Position numbers and translations under genes: made by a program. Below, in pieces: positions 52,304 to 63,048 of a stretch of DNA of 64,000 nucleotides. Position 1 is the first letter of the stretch, and every line of letters starts with the position of its first letter. The stretch is from contig JASGCS010000001.1 of assembly GCA_030054035.1 (NCBI GenBank), positions 270,280 through 334,279 of the forward strand. Direction: 5' to 3'. Source of the DNA: Candidatus Methylacidiphilales bacterium. GTDB taxonomy: Bacteria > Pseudomonadota > Gammaproteobacteria > JASGCS01. The notes under the pieces were generated by a model, which worked only from the letters and a program-made list of their open reading frames with translations, ran no database searches and had not been told where the DNA came from.

Positions 52304-55227
52304 TACAAAAAGGACAAACCTTAGATTGTGAAGGGTTATGTGAATTTTTACATTCCATCGGATACTCCAGAACCAAAACATCAGTTAAGTTTCAAGGAGA
52401 ATACTCATTATTGGGAATGATAATTGAACTATATCCATTTGGTTACAGTATTGGATTTAGAATTATTTTACAAGACATTGTTGTGGAACACATATATCAA
52501 TTAGATGCCAATAACAACATAATAAAAGAACATGATGGTCACATTATTCTAGCAAATAATAGTTGGCATCAAATTAATAGCACAACTATTAATATTTTTA
52601 AAAATAATTATCGTAATAATTTTGAAGGGAACTTAGTAAAAGATGATTTTTATATGTCAGTTATATCAAATAAGTATCATGACTCCTTAGATCACTATTT
52701 TCCACTATTTTTTGAAAACACTACAACTATTTTTGACTACTTAAATGAAAATGCACTTTGGTGTGTACACCCTGATTGGCAAAGTAAATTAGATCAACGA
52801 TTTAGTTTTATCAATAATTGTTATTCTCAATCATCACATTTATATCCAAAAAAACCACTAAAACCTGAAGTGAGGTACGTCACTCCAACTAATTGCATAC
52901 AACAAATAGGTAACCCTAGTTATGAGAACGAATCAGAAATAAATTTACCGTTAACGATAGAAGTAAATCAACTAAAAGATATTTTAATATCTTATTCCTT
53001 ACTTAAAACCAAACCCAATGTTACCTGTAACACAACAGATATTAAACTACATAAAACTATTAGTGATACTCTAAATAAACTAGGTTGGGAAGAAAGTATT
53101 CGATTTACATCCCTACGAAACATTGAGTCTTTTTACGATGAAGAAATAAATTATATCTATATTAATTTAAGCAATCCCTTTGATTCAATAAATAATAATG
53201 ATGAGATATCCGCTGATGCAATACTTCACAGCTTGCCACAACTTAAAATAAATGATTTCATAATACATAAAAGGCATGGGATTGGAATTTATAGAGGGCT
53301 AGTAACAATGGCCTTTGATGATGTTGATACACAAGAGTTTATTGCAATAGAGTTTTCAAACCAAACATCGTTATACCTTCCAACTCATGAGTATTCACAA
53401 ATCAGTTTTTACGCACCAGGTAACCAAGTAAACCCACCAGTGCTTGGAGTGTTACATGGATCTTCGTTCAAACAAACTTATAATAAAATCACTAAAGAAA
53501 CTATTGATTATGTAGCAATTATCCTAGAACAACAATCTAGACGAAAATTAAATAGCAAACCTCAAAAGTATAAACTTGATCCACATGCATATAACAATTT
53601 TTTAAGTTTATTTAATTATCAAGAGACTGAAGATCAAAGCAATGCAATACATATCACTTATAAAGATATGATGTCTCAATCTACAATGGATAGAATAATT
53701 TGTGGAGATGTGGGGTATGGGAAAACAGAAATAGCACTCCGTGCAACATTTTTAGCAGTATCAAGTGGGTATAGCGCAATATGGATAGCTCCTACATCAT
53801 TATTGGCAGAACAACATGCTGAAACAATTAAAAAAAGATTTATAAATACTACAGTTGAAATTTTTCACTTGAGTCGTTTTGCGCAAAATAAGTTAACTAT
53901 AAGTATTTTAGATAAGATTAAAAACACTTCACCATCAATAATTGTTGGAACACACCGTGTATTAAATAGTGCCATCACTCCAAATAAACCTTCCCTGCTT
54001 GTTATTGATGAAGAGCATAAATTTGGTGTTGAGCATAAAACAAAATTATTAGAAATACACCCTCAATTAGATTTACTAACAATGAGCGCTACTCCAATAC
54101 CTAGAACATTAAATTTAGGAATAACAGGTTTAAAAGACTTGTCATTAATATCAACACCTCCCCCATCACGAAAACCTGTAATTACTTATTGTATGTTATA
54201 TGATAAAGGATTTATAAAAGAAGCTATAGAACGAGAACTACAGAGAGGTGGGCAAATATTTATAGTGCACAATAAGATTAGTACCATAGACACAATGTAT
54301 GATCGTATAGTTGAATTATTTCCAGAAAATAAAATTGCTATTGCGCATGGTCGAATGAAATCAGAAGTGCTTGAAACAGTGATGCAACAATTTGCCAATA
54401 AAGAGTTTGATATATTAATAACCACAACTATAATTGAGAGCGGAATTGACTTTCCAAACGCAAACACATTAATTGTCACTATGGCAAATAATTTAAGTCC
54501 AGTTCAATTACACCAATTAAGAGGTAGAGTGGGACGATCCTACCAACAAGCAATAGCAATATTCATAAGTGATACCAAAGAAGGTTTAAAAGAATTAGAG
54601 GATATAAAAAACACTCACTTTAATGGTGCAGGATTTCATCTTTCGCTACAAGATTTAGAAAAAAGAGGTGCTGGTGAAATATTAGGTAAAAAACAATCGG
54701 GCAATTTACTTACCCTAGGCACAGAGCTATATCTAGAAATACTTTCAAAAGCAATGCATGATTTAAAAGAAAATCGCACTCCGGTTGATTTAAACACTAC
54801 AATACAGTTTCATGAACCAGCTTTTATACCTGAAAGTTATTGCATAAATCCAGCCTATAGATTACAAATATACAGGCAAATATCTAGATGCACTAAAGAA
54901 GATGAAATAAATATAATTTATAAAAATATAGTAAAAGAGTACGGAGACCCACCCAAACAATTTGAAAACTTAATTTTAATTGCAAAAATTAAACTATTAG
55001 CAAACGCAAATAATATTGAAACTATTCAATGGTCAAAAAAATCAATTAACATAACCTTTAATAACTCAGCATCAATACATAGTAAATTAATAGACTTAGC
55101 TTCAAAAAATATAGCCCAATTTACTGTTACATTTCATCAGAATGGTTCGGTTTCGTTCAACCATCAACCATTAATTACAGCAATAAATCACTATAACTTT
55201 TTTGTTGAAATTATAAAATTACTTTAA
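52255..55227 (+). CDS. mfd: Transcription-repair coupling factor Mfd, 5'-disrupted and divergent
   Basis: HGIGIYRGL, ETEDQ, CGDVGYGKTE, DEEHKFGV, SATPIPRT, QLRGRVGRS, RGAGEILG..QSG. Mfd-like frame continues upstream (EWDCLPYD) to a TGA at 52123 inside the inverted repeat. Confidence 0.93.
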   Translation: MERFPPKQYMTVQYKKIQKGQTLDCEGLCEFLHSIGYSRTKTSVKFQGEYSLLGMIIELYPFGYSIGFRIILQDIVVEHIYQLDANNNIIKEHDGHIILANNSWHQINSTTINIFKNNYRNNFEGNLVKDDFYMSVISNKYHDSLDHYFPLFFENTTTIFDYLNENALWCVHPDWQSKLDQRFSFINNCYSQSSHLYPKKPLKPEVRYVTPTNCIQQIGNPSYENESEINLPLTIEVNQLKDILISYSLLKTKPNVTCNTTDIKLHKTISDTLNKLGWEESIRFTSLRNIESFYDEEINYIYINLSNPFDSINNNDEISADAILHSLPQLKINDFIIHKRHGIGIYRGLVTMAFDDVDTQEFIAIEFSNQTSLYLPTHEYSQISFYAPGNQVNPPVLGVLHGSSFKQTYNKITKETIDYVAIILEQQSRRKLNSKPQKYKLDPHAYNNFLSLFNYQETEDQSNAIHITYKDMMSQSTMDRIICGDVGYGKTEIALRATFLAVSSGYSAIWIAPTSLLAEQHAETIKKRFINTTVEIFHLSRFAQNKLTISILDKIKNTSPSIIVGTHRVLNSAITPNKPSLLVIDEEHKFGVEHKTKLLEIHPQLDLLTMSATPIPRTLNLGITGLKDLSLISTPPPSRKPVITYCMLYDKGFIKEAIERELQRGGQIFIVHNKISTIDTMYDRIVELFPENKIAIAHGRMKSEVLETVMQQFANKEFDILITTTIIESGIDFPNANTLIVTMANNLSPVQLHQLRGRVGRSYQQAIAIFISDTKEGLKELEDIKNTHFNGAGFHLSLQDLEKRGAGEILGKKQSGNLLTLGTELYLEILSKAMHDLKENRTPVDLNTTIQFHEPAFIPESYCINPAYRLQIYRQISRCTKEDEINIIYKNIVKEYGDPPKQFENLILIAKIKLLANANNIETIQWSKKSINITFNNSASIHSKLIDLASKNIAQFTVTFHQNGSVSFNHQPLITAINHYNFFVEIIKLL

Positions 55228-55238
55228 TGTTAATACTA

Positions 55239-58193
55239 TCAGTATTTAGCTGATATTTCAAAACCATAACTAACACCACCAGACTGCAACACAAATGCTT
55301 GTCCAGCTTCAGGAGCGGCAATGACTTCAACAGGATATCTAATATTTTCTATATTTTTACCCCAAATACCAAACCTTAGTGAGTCATCTGAAATTAAATC
55401 TAATCGTAGATTAATAATGCCAAATGGATCTCTTTTAGTTTTTCGTAAATCAGATTTAGCGTTTGGAAGACCGCTCACTTGATTACAATTAGATGGATTA
55501 ACTTGCATACCTAGACCTAAATTTGCCAAATCAGCTGAGGAATAACACAAACCAGTATATTTTGTGTAAATATTATTAACTGATTCACCTTGTACTTCGC
55601 TAAACCAAGTGGTACCAGTATAAGAGTAATCAATTCTAAATAATAGAACTAATTTGTTGGAGACTTGTCCCTTATATTGTAAAAATAAATTAGCATTTGA
55701 ATCTGGTGAAAATGGAACAGTATTACCTACTGTATAAGGTCGATTTTTATTTTTTTCAATTTTTGAATCAATTTTTGAAAAACCAAATCCAAGTGTAAAG
55801 CTTTCTGTTGCGACAAATGATGAAGAAAACTCAAGACCAGAAATTGATGCTTCATCAATATTTGTAATTCCATACAATAAACCAAATGCTCCTGCAAAAT
55901 AACTAAAAGTTTGTAAATTTTTTACATTATTATTATAGATAGAAAAATCTATGAAGCCACCATTATTATCAAGAGTTTGTTTGAATCCCAATTCAAATGT
56001 ATTTGAAGTCTCTTTTTTATATTCGTCTTTGACATTATAAACTTGTAAAGAAAATTTAGATGGATCAATTGAGATTAGTGGGTTCAAATTAGAATCATAG
56101 ACTGTATTGCATGGTCGGAATTGTGTAACCAGCGTTGTTACACTAGGACAATAATAATAATCAATTGTATTCTTTAAACCAGTAAAGTTAAATCCACCAC
56201 TTCTAAAACCAGCACTGTAGCTTGTGTAAAAATTAAAACCAGAACCTTCAGGTCTATAGCTTAAAGCTAATTTAGGTTGAAGTTGTTGGAAAGATTTATT
56301 TACATCAGCGACTTTCTTACCGCCGTTAAAATTATATAAAATATTTAAATATTTAATACCGCAAGGAGGATTAATTAAAGGGTTAGTAGCAAAGTTCGTA
56401 AGACAAGTAATGGTTTCAGATTGTGATTTAGTAATATCTGGATTGCTAATATAATCTGGATGAGGTTCGCTAGTCGTTGGAACATTATTTTGAACAGTTT
56501 TATCTTCGTGATCAAATCTAGCATCAAATGAAATATTAAAATTTTCAGTAACATTCAAATTTAATGAACCAAAAACAGCAGCAACTTTGTTGTTATAAGT
56601 GTCAGAATACAAAACTTCTGTTGGACTGGTAGAAGTTTTTAAATTTAGTTCTCTGGCAATTATTGATAATCCCAAATCTTGGCCTATAGAAGCAACAGCA
56701 TCATTAGTGATGTTATGTAAAGAAAAACCAGCTACCCAAGCAATGTCCTGTTTTGGATTAGATGAATATCGTAATTCAAAATTTAAATCATTTTGTGTTC
56801 TTTTTTGATATTGATAGCCATCACATGAAGTAGATCCATAAGAGGGATAATTATTATAATAATTGTAAGGTTGTTCAGGATTTAATGACCGTGAGCTTAC
56901 TAGAGATGACTGGAGACATTTAGCATAATTTGCTTGACCATTTGAACCGAAAGCAGAATACAAATTTTCAAGAACTAAAGTGTTAATATTTAAACCAGGT
57001 GTGGAACGAAGCGCTTGTTGATCAATAATACTCTGATTAAGAAATGCAGCCGCCGCACTAATGTCTGCAAACAGTACTCCTGGAGCTAGCAAATTTTTAA
57101 GGTTCTGATTAGAAAATAAGTTTGCCGCAAAACCATTTGTACCATTTGTGCCATTTATTATTAAAGATTTCACACTATTAAACGCATAATTTGCGGCTGT
57201 AAAAGTTGCTTGTCCGTTTGTGCCATCACCTATAAGAGATGTGTCTTGTTTGTTATTTGAGAGTAGAATTGTGAGTGAATTATCATTTCCATAATCAAAA
57301 TCTAATTTTGCCGAAAAATTATTATTTTTTGAGTTATTTATATTTTTTATATTATTAAGATAACGATAATTTACTGAATTAACATTGGTAGTAATTACAC
57401 AGGTTGGGTTATTTACACTACAATTTCCAACAGAAAAACCAGCAGGTATTGAGTTAAAGTTTACAGCACCTGAGTTGGCTTCATTTGCTTCGTAATTTAA
57501 ATCTAAAGTTATGTTAGAAGCAACTTTTCCAAAAAATCTTAATGACAAATCTTTTTCGTTAAAATCATCTACATTTTTTTGTTTAAAATACTGGCTAGAA
57601 TAAAATCCATCAGTTTTTGTTAGTCCATAAGTAAATTTAACTGCAAAATTTTTAGTTAATGGAACATTAATAGTTTGCTGAAGTAATCTAGCATTGTTAT
57701 TTGCAAAAGAGTATCTTGATGTACCACCAAAGGCATCAGCTGTTGGTTTAACTGTATTTATTATTATTGCACCAGCAATAGCGTTTCTACCATATAAAGC
57801 GCTTTGAGCTCCTTTTATCACTTCAATTGATTCAATGTCAATTAACTCACGATTTAAAGCACCTGGATTAGGGATTAAAATGCCGTTTTTAATTATTGCC
57901 ACATTAGAGTCTGTCAGACGTGCATTATATAACCCTCTTATACTTAGCTGACTATCGGTAATTGTTGCGCCTTGAACTAGATTTACACCTGAAGTTAGGG
58001 ATAGAAAATCTGTATTTCTATTAATTGAAGCGTCACGAATCTGTGACTTAGAAAAAACAGTTACACTAGCAGAAGTCTGCTCTAAAGTGCTAGTATTTCT
58101 CAGACCTGTTACAATAATTTCTTCAACAATTGGCTCTGCAATTGCAGTAGAAAAAGTTAGTACAAAAATTAATCCAGATATTATTCTAATCAT
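55239..58193 (-). CDS. TonB-dependent receptor
   Basis: Signal peptide, EEIIVTG, IRGL, IEVIKGAQSALYGRNAIAGAI, GFRSGGFN, C-terminal SAKY. Confidence 0.95.
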   Translation of the reverse strand: MIRIISGLIFVLTFSTAIAEPIVEEIIVTGLRNTSTLEQTSASVTVFSKSQIRDASINRNTDFLSLTSGVNLVQGATITDSQLSIRGLYNARLTDSNVAIIKNGILIPNPGALNRELIDIESIEVIKGAQSALYGRNAIAGAIIINTVKPTADAFGGTSRYSFANNNARLLQQTINVPLTKNFAVKFTYGLTKTDGFYSSQYFKQKNVDDFNEKDLSLRFFGKVASNITLDLNYEANEANSGAVNFNSIPAGFSVGNCSVNNPTCVITTNVNSVNYRYLNNIKNINNSKNNNFSAKLDFDYGNDNSLTILLSNNKQDTSLIGDGTNGQATFTAANYAFNSVKSLIINGTNGTNGFAANLFSNQNLKNLLAPGVLFADISAAAAFLNQSIIDQQALRSTPGLNINTLVLENLYSAFGSNGQANYAKCLQSSLVSSRSLNPEQPYNYYNNYPSYGSTSCDGYQYQKRTQNDLNFELRYSSNPKQDIAWVAGFSLHNITNDAVASIGQDLGLSIIARELNLKTSTSPTEVLYSDTYNNKVAAVFGSLNLNVTENFNISFDARFDHEDKTVQNNVPTTSEPHPDYISNPDITKSQSETITCLTNFATNPLINPPCGIKYLNILYNFNGGKKVADVNKSFQQLQPKLALSYRPEGSGFNFYTSYSAGFRSGGFNFTGLKNTIDYYYCPSVTTLVTQFRPCNTVYDSNLNPLISIDPSKFSLQVYNVKDEYKKETSNTFELGFKQTLDNNGGFIDFSIYNNNVKNLQTFSYFAGAFGLLYGITNIDEASISGLEFSSSFVATESFTLGFGFSKIDSKIEKNKNRPYTVGNTVPFSPDSNANLFLQYKGQVSNKLVLLFRIDYSYTGTTWFSEVQGESVNNIYTKYTGLCYSSADLANLGLGMQVNPSNCNQVSGLPNAKSDLRKTKRDPFGIINLRLDLISDDSLRFGIWGKNIENIRYPVEVIAAPEAGQAFVLQSGGVSYGFEISAKY

Positions 58194-58240
58194 TATTGGC
58201 TCCGTTTTTTTAAATTCTCTTTATTTTTTTTAATTACTTA

Positions 58241-60835
58241 TTAATATTTAGCTGATATTTCTAACCCTACAGATCTAGATGAGCCTTGATGTATAAAAGA
58301 TCCACCAAATTCAGGGGCTGGGATAATTTCCGCTAAATATTGGGTATTCAATAGATTGTCTGCCCAAAGAGTAACTGCAAAACCGCTATCCCACTCAAAG
58401 CCAATACGAGCGTTTACTAAACCAAAACCGTCTCGTTTTGTTTTTTCCATACCACTAAAACCAAAACCATACTGAGTAAATTGATTTGGGATTTCATCAT
58501 TTCTATTGTTTTCTTGTACTTCGCCAAACCAGGTATCGCCGGTAAAATTATAATCACCTTTGATTATAATTTTAACTCCTTTAGTAATATAATCTTTATA
58601 CTGAACACCTAAAGTATAGGACTGTACAGGGGCAAAAGGCACGAGATTTCCCTCAGTGTAAGGACGATTAGTGTTTTTGTCTATTTTTGATTTAATTCTA
58701 GAATATGCTAAATTTAACATTATCCCTGAGCCAACTTTAAACTCACCAGCAAATTCAAATCCATTAATACTTGCCTGATCAATATTAGTGATTACACGCA
58801 ATAATCCATAAGGCCCAACCAAGAAGTTAAAGAACTGGAGATTGTCTACTATAGTTTTGTATGTAGATATGTCCAAAGTAACATCACCGTTATTTAGAAA
58901 AAGTTTTAAACCCAGTTCACCAGAAGTAGAAACTTCTTTTTTATACTCATCTTTAACATTAAATATTTTTAGTTGGATTCCAGGTATGTTAAAAACTCCA
59001 TAACCAGTAAAACAAGGAGAAGCTCCACCCATAGTTATAGGAAGGGTTGGCGAAGGAGTTTTACCTGCGGGACAATAATATTGATTGATTGTAGCTTCAG
59101 TTCCTAGTGAATTAAAACCACCACTTCTAAAACCTACTCCAATATTACCATAAAAATTAACGTTGTCTTTTGGGTGAACACTAAAGCCAATTTTTGGTTG
59201 GAATTGTTCAAACGTTTTACTTTTTGATGGTATTGACTTATAATTAGCTGAATTAGTAATACCTGTATTGATGACAGTTAATCCTGGATTCAGGAAACCA
59301 TGTCCCTGTGGATTTAAACCTGTATTAAAACTAGGAGATACATTATTTGTTGCTGATCTTTTTTCTTGGTCGTATCTTAAATCCATTAAAATATCAAATG
59401 TGGTATCTACTTTAAAATTCAATGAAGTGTAAAAGGCAAGAACATCACTTTTATACTTATCATTAAAGAGCAAATCAGTTTGTGGGCTAAACCCTTCGAA
59501 TGGTACTCCAGTGCCAAAGTCCTCTCCTTGAGCAACTATAACATGGCGGTTAATTTGATATATAGACATTCCGACCGTCCATAATGTATCAAGTGAAGGA
59601 TCAGACTTATATCGTAAGTCTAATGTTATATCTCGTTGGTCTCTTTGTTGATATTGGTATCCATCACAAGTAGTTACAGAATATGGGGGGTAAAAACCTA
59701 CATTAGGATAGGTGGAAGCCGTACCAAAAGGTAAAGGGAACGAAGGTAATAAACCACTATTAACCTGACCTGAAGTGTCCTGACATGAAGTAGTGCCAAA
59801 GTAAGTAGAAAACGCAGCACTTGCACCATCAGCTAAAAGTTTATTTTTTTGATCGTTAAATGCTAACATGAAGACAAACGATTCATTATTTCCTGTATCC
59901 ACATCAAATTTCATTGAAAAATTAAAATTGTCAGAATTGTTTTTAGATTCTATATTGGATTGATAATCAAAATTATGTAAATTTACATCTTCATATAAAA
60001 AAGGAGCTGCGGGACTCCCTATTGAAGAGTAAAAGGCAGATGCTTGGGGTAATTGTACAGAAGCATTAAAACTAATAGCTGGGCCAGTGGCTTTACCAAA
60101 TCCAATTTTAAAATCTGCAGTAGTGTCGCTTGAAATGACTCCTGTAAATCTTGCTAGGAAATTATCGTCATTAAGATTATCAATAACTTTTTTATTTAAA
60201 TAGGTATTTTTATAAAAACCATCAGTTTTTCTACTACTAAAAGCAAATTTAGCAGCGAAATCATCGCTGAATGGTGTGTTAATAACCTGTTGGAGCAGTA
60301 GTGAGTTATTATTACCAAAAGTTATTTTAGTTGAACCTTGATATCCTGAAGGGTCAGGCTTTGCGGTATTTATAATAATCGCCCCAGCAATTGCATTTCT
60401 ACCATATAGAGCACCTTGAGGTCCTTTTAAAACTTCAATTTGTTGTAAATCGATTAACTCACGATTAAACGCACCCGGATTAGTTAACAAAACCCCGTCA
60501 ACTACTAATGCAAAATTTGATTCAGAGTCTCTAGCCCCATTAAGCCCTCTGATGGATACTTGGGTGTCTTGGATTTCGGCAGTATGAACTAAGGACACAC
60601 CGGGAGAAAGTGAAATAAAATCACCTACTTTTTGAATACCACTATCTTGTATTTTTGATTGGGTGAATACCTGTACTGAAGCAGGCGCACCTTGTAGTGA
60701 AACTTCTCTTCCAAGTGCTGTAACTACAACCTCTTCAATTGAGTTAGTTGCATTTTTAACTTCACTTGCAAATGATAACTGAGTTATAAAACCAATCATC
60801 AAAAACATTATAATATTTTTCATATGATATACCAT
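58241..60835 (-). CDS. TonB-dependent receptor (paralog of neighbour)
   Basis: EEVVVTA, IEVLKGPQGALYGRNAIAGAI, GFRSGGFN, C-terminal SAKY. Start set at ATG 60835 behind GAGGG (alternative 60823). Confidence 0.95.
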   Translation of the reverse strand: MVYHMKNIIMFLMIGFITQLSFASEVKNATNSIEEVVVTALGREVSLQGAPASVQVFTQSKIQDSGIQKVGDFISLSPGVSLVHTAEIQDTQVSIRGLNGARDSESNFALVVDGVLLTNPGAFNRELIDLQQIEVLKGPQGALYGRNAIAGAIIINTAKPDPSGYQGSTKITFGNNNSLLLQQVINTPFSDDFAAKFAFSSRKTDGFYKNTYLNKKVIDNLNDDNFLARFTGVISSDTTADFKIGFGKATGPAISFNASVQLPQASAFYSSIGSPAAPFLYEDVNLHNFDYQSNIESKNNSDNFNFSMKFDVDTGNNESFVFMLAFNDQKNKLLADGASAAFSTYFGTTSCQDTSGQVNSGLLPSFPLPFGTASTYPNVGFYPPYSVTTCDGYQYQQRDQRDITLDLRYKSDPSLDTLWTVGMSIYQINRHVIVAQGEDFGTGVPFEGFSPQTDLLFNDKYKSDVLAFYTSLNFKVDTTFDILMDLRYDQEKRSATNNVSPSFNTGLNPQGHGFLNPGLTVINTGITNSANYKSIPSKSKTFEQFQPKIGFSVHPKDNVNFYGNIGVGFRSGGFNSLGTEATINQYYCPAGKTPSPTLPITMGGASPCFTGYGVFNIPGIQLKIFNVKDEYKKEVSTSGELGLKLFLNNGDVTLDISTYKTIVDNLQFFNFLVGPYGLLRVITNIDQASINGFEFAGEFKVGSGIMLNLAYSRIKSKIDKNTNRPYTEGNLVPFAPVQSYTLGVQYKDYITKGVKIIIKGDYNFTGDTWFGEVQENNRNDEIPNQFTQYGFGFSGMEKTKRDGFGLVNARIGFEWDSGFAVTLWADNLLNTQYLAEIIPAPEFGGSFIHQGSSRSVGLEISAKY

Positions 60836-60886
60836 TTTAAATTCCCTCTCAAAAATTATGAATATTATATAGTAAATTGTACACAA

Positions 60887-61603
60887 ATGAAAAAATATTT
60901 TTACTTTTTTTTCACCCTCGCCATAATCTCAATTCCATGCATGGCGGCTGATACCAACCAACTAGAAAGTACATTTTATGGTAAATATGTAGTTTTTGAA
61001 AATGTAGGTAATCTTGACTATAGAGACATTGAAGAAAATGAATTGCATTATTGTGAAAGTAGCCAACAGTTACCACAAAATCAAATACCACAAAATCAAA
61101 CGACAGACACAAACCCTGCTCCACTTAATGTGAATGTGGAAATTAACCAAGAATTTGGCCCTGAAATAGAGCTCTTTTTCAATGACTTTAACCATTCATT
61201 GATTAACTTGCAAAAAAACACTCAGTACAGATTAATTGACCAATTTCAATGGCAGGTAACAATGCTTGGAACAGAAACTACTGAACTTGTAAAAATATCA
61301 AGCGGTATGACGATGGGTGGTGAAAATAGACCTATTCCAGATAATTCAGAATGCTTACTGGTTTCTGAGAAAAATCAACTCCATGAGTTGCATGGCACAG
61401 TAGAGTTGGTATCGGGTAAATATTTTCATGCGTTTAACAACTTTCAGTTTAGCAAAATTACCGATCAAGGACTGAAAATCTACAATATCCAGGAAACGAG
61501 GAAAATATCTAGTGACAATTTATATTATCTTGACCATCCAAGATTCGGGATACTTTATAAAATAATTAGCGAAAAGAGTATTGCTCGGAAACAGAAGAAA
61601 TAA
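60887..61603 (+). CDS. csiV: CsiV-family peptidoglycan-binding periplasmic protein
   Basis: Signal peptide MKKYFY..CMA; ELHGTVEL..GKYFH and QETRKISSDNLYYLDHPRFGIL match the CsiV C-terminus; mfd/nagZ neighbourhood. Confidence 0.75.
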   Translation: MKKYFYFFFTLAIISIPCMAADTNQLESTFYGKYVVFENVGNLDYRDIEENELHYCESSQQLPQNQIPQNQTTDTNPAPLNVNVEINQEFGPEIELFFNDFNHSLINLQKNTQYRLIDQFQWQVTMLGTETTELVKISSGMTMGGENRPIPDNSECLLVSEKNQLHELHGTVELVSGKYFHAFNNFQFSKITDQGLKIYNIQETRKISSDNLYYLDHPRFGILYKIISEKSIARKQKK

Positions 61604-62582
61604 ATTTTTTGGTCTTTAAGAATCTATCAGTTTTTATTTCTGATTGATCGAGTGCTGCTTTGAATTGAAACATTTTTTCCTGTTTATGATTTGGTTTCAG
61701 CGTTGAAGAAAACTGGATAGCTAATTCAATTGTTGGTTGTGAGTTGCATACAAGAAGCCAATCACAACCTGCTTGTAATGCTAGATTGATGCGATCACCA
61801 ATGGTGCCAAACCCTTCCAATGCATTCATCTCCAAATCATCGCTCACTATCACACCTTGGTATGAACAGATTATTCTTAAAAAATATGACAGCCACCAAG
61901 GAGAGAGAGTAACTGGTAATGAGTCAATTTTATCAAAAACGATATGAGCAGTCATGATCATTGGTAGCTGATTCGCAATGACCAATTGAAATGGTAGTAG
62001 ATCGGCATAGATTTGATGTAAAAATCGTTCATCGACAGGAAGTGTATTGTGAGAATCAGGAATTACATAGCCATGGCCTGGAAAATGTTTACCGGTAGCA
62101 GGCATACCGGCCTGCATCATCCCTTGCATATACTCAAGCGCGCTTGATCCGGCAATAAAAGGATCACGAGAAAAAGCACGATCGCCTATAATCACCGAAC
62201 GGCTATGTTGTAAATCAAGCACAGGAGCAAAATTAGCATCTATTCCATAATATCTTAACTGGGTAGAAATACACCAAGCACAATCTCTTATCGATGGGCT
62301 CGAGGTGGAAATAGATTTTACCAAAAATTCCATTGGGGGAATAATGATAAACTCGTCTTTAAATCTCTGGACACGCCCTCCTTCTTGGTCTACAAATATA
62401 GCTAGGGGTGAGTTTGCACGCAATAAATGTATTTCACAAGTCAATTGTTTTAATTGTTCTGGGTTTTTATAATTTCTCGAAAAAAGGATAACCCCTAGCA
62501 CAGAAGGATGGGACAACATATTCTTTTCCACTTGACTTAGATTGTAGCCTTGAACACCAACAATGAGAAAATTAGTCAGCAT
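61566..62582 (-). CDS. nagZ: Beta-N-acetylhexosaminidase
   Basis: GVILFSRN, VDQEGGRVQR, FAPVLD, KHFPGHG...DSH, SDDLEM. Confidence 0.96.
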   Translation of the reverse strand: MLTNFLIVGVQGYNLSQVEKNMLSHPSVLGVILFSRNYKNPEQLKQLTCEIHLLRANSPLAIFVDQEGGRVQRFKDEFIIIPPMEFLVKSISTSSPSIRDCAWCISTQLRYYGIDANFAPVLDLQHSRSVIIGDRAFSRDPFIAGSSALEYMQGMMQAGMPATGKHFPGHGYVIPDSHNTLPVDERFLHQIYADLLPFQLVIANQLPMIMTAHIVFDKIDSLPVTLSPWWLSYFLRIICSYQGVIVSDDLEMNALEGFGTIGDRINLALQAGCDWLLVCNSQPTIELAIQFSSTLKPNHKQEKMFQFKAALDQSEIKTDRFLKTKKFISSVSEQYSFR

Positions 62583-63048
62583 CTTTTATTAACAATGTCG
62601 CAAACGCGCAGACAGCTTGATTGTTTCCAATTAGTCCAAGCGTTTCAGCAGTTTTTGCTTTAATGCTAATTAACGATTGATGGATTTTTAAAATTGTTGC
62701 TAGATTATTTTTGATAGGGGTTTTGTATTGCTTAAGGGAAGGCTTTTCAATAATAATGGTAGTGTCAAGATTTAAAATTGTATACCCTTTCTCTTTAAGC
62801 AATTGAGTGGCACTTAAAAGAAAAACTTCACTTGGCATATTCTTATATTTAATATCTGAATCTGGAAAATGCGATCCTATATCCTCTTCACCCATTGCTC
62901 CATACAGTGCGTCGCAAATTGCGTGGATTAAAACATCACCATCAGAATGAGCAACACAACCAAGCTCAGAATCTATAAACACGCCCCCAATAACTAAACG
63001 GTGGTTGGGGGCTAGTCTATGAATATCAAACCCTTGGCCTACACGCAT
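62572..63048 (-). CDS. ispF: 2-C-methyl-D-erythritol 2,4-cyclodiphosphate synthase
   Basis: MRVGQGFDIH, HSDGDVLIHA..DA, DIG.HFPD. Confidence 0.97.
   Translation of the reverse strand: MRVGQGFDIHRLAPNHRLVIGGVFIDSELGCVAHSDGDVLIHAICDALYGAMGEEDIGSHFPDSDIKYKNMPSEVFLLSATQLLKEKGYTILNLDTTIIIEKPSLKQYKTPIKNNLATILKIHQSLISIKAKTAETLGLIGNNQAVCAFATLLIKDAD

Noticed and set aside
60836-60886. Fur box or riboswitch upstream of the TonB receptors
   Set aside because: AT-rich but no convincing GATAATGATAATCATTATC match, and too short for a riboswitch.
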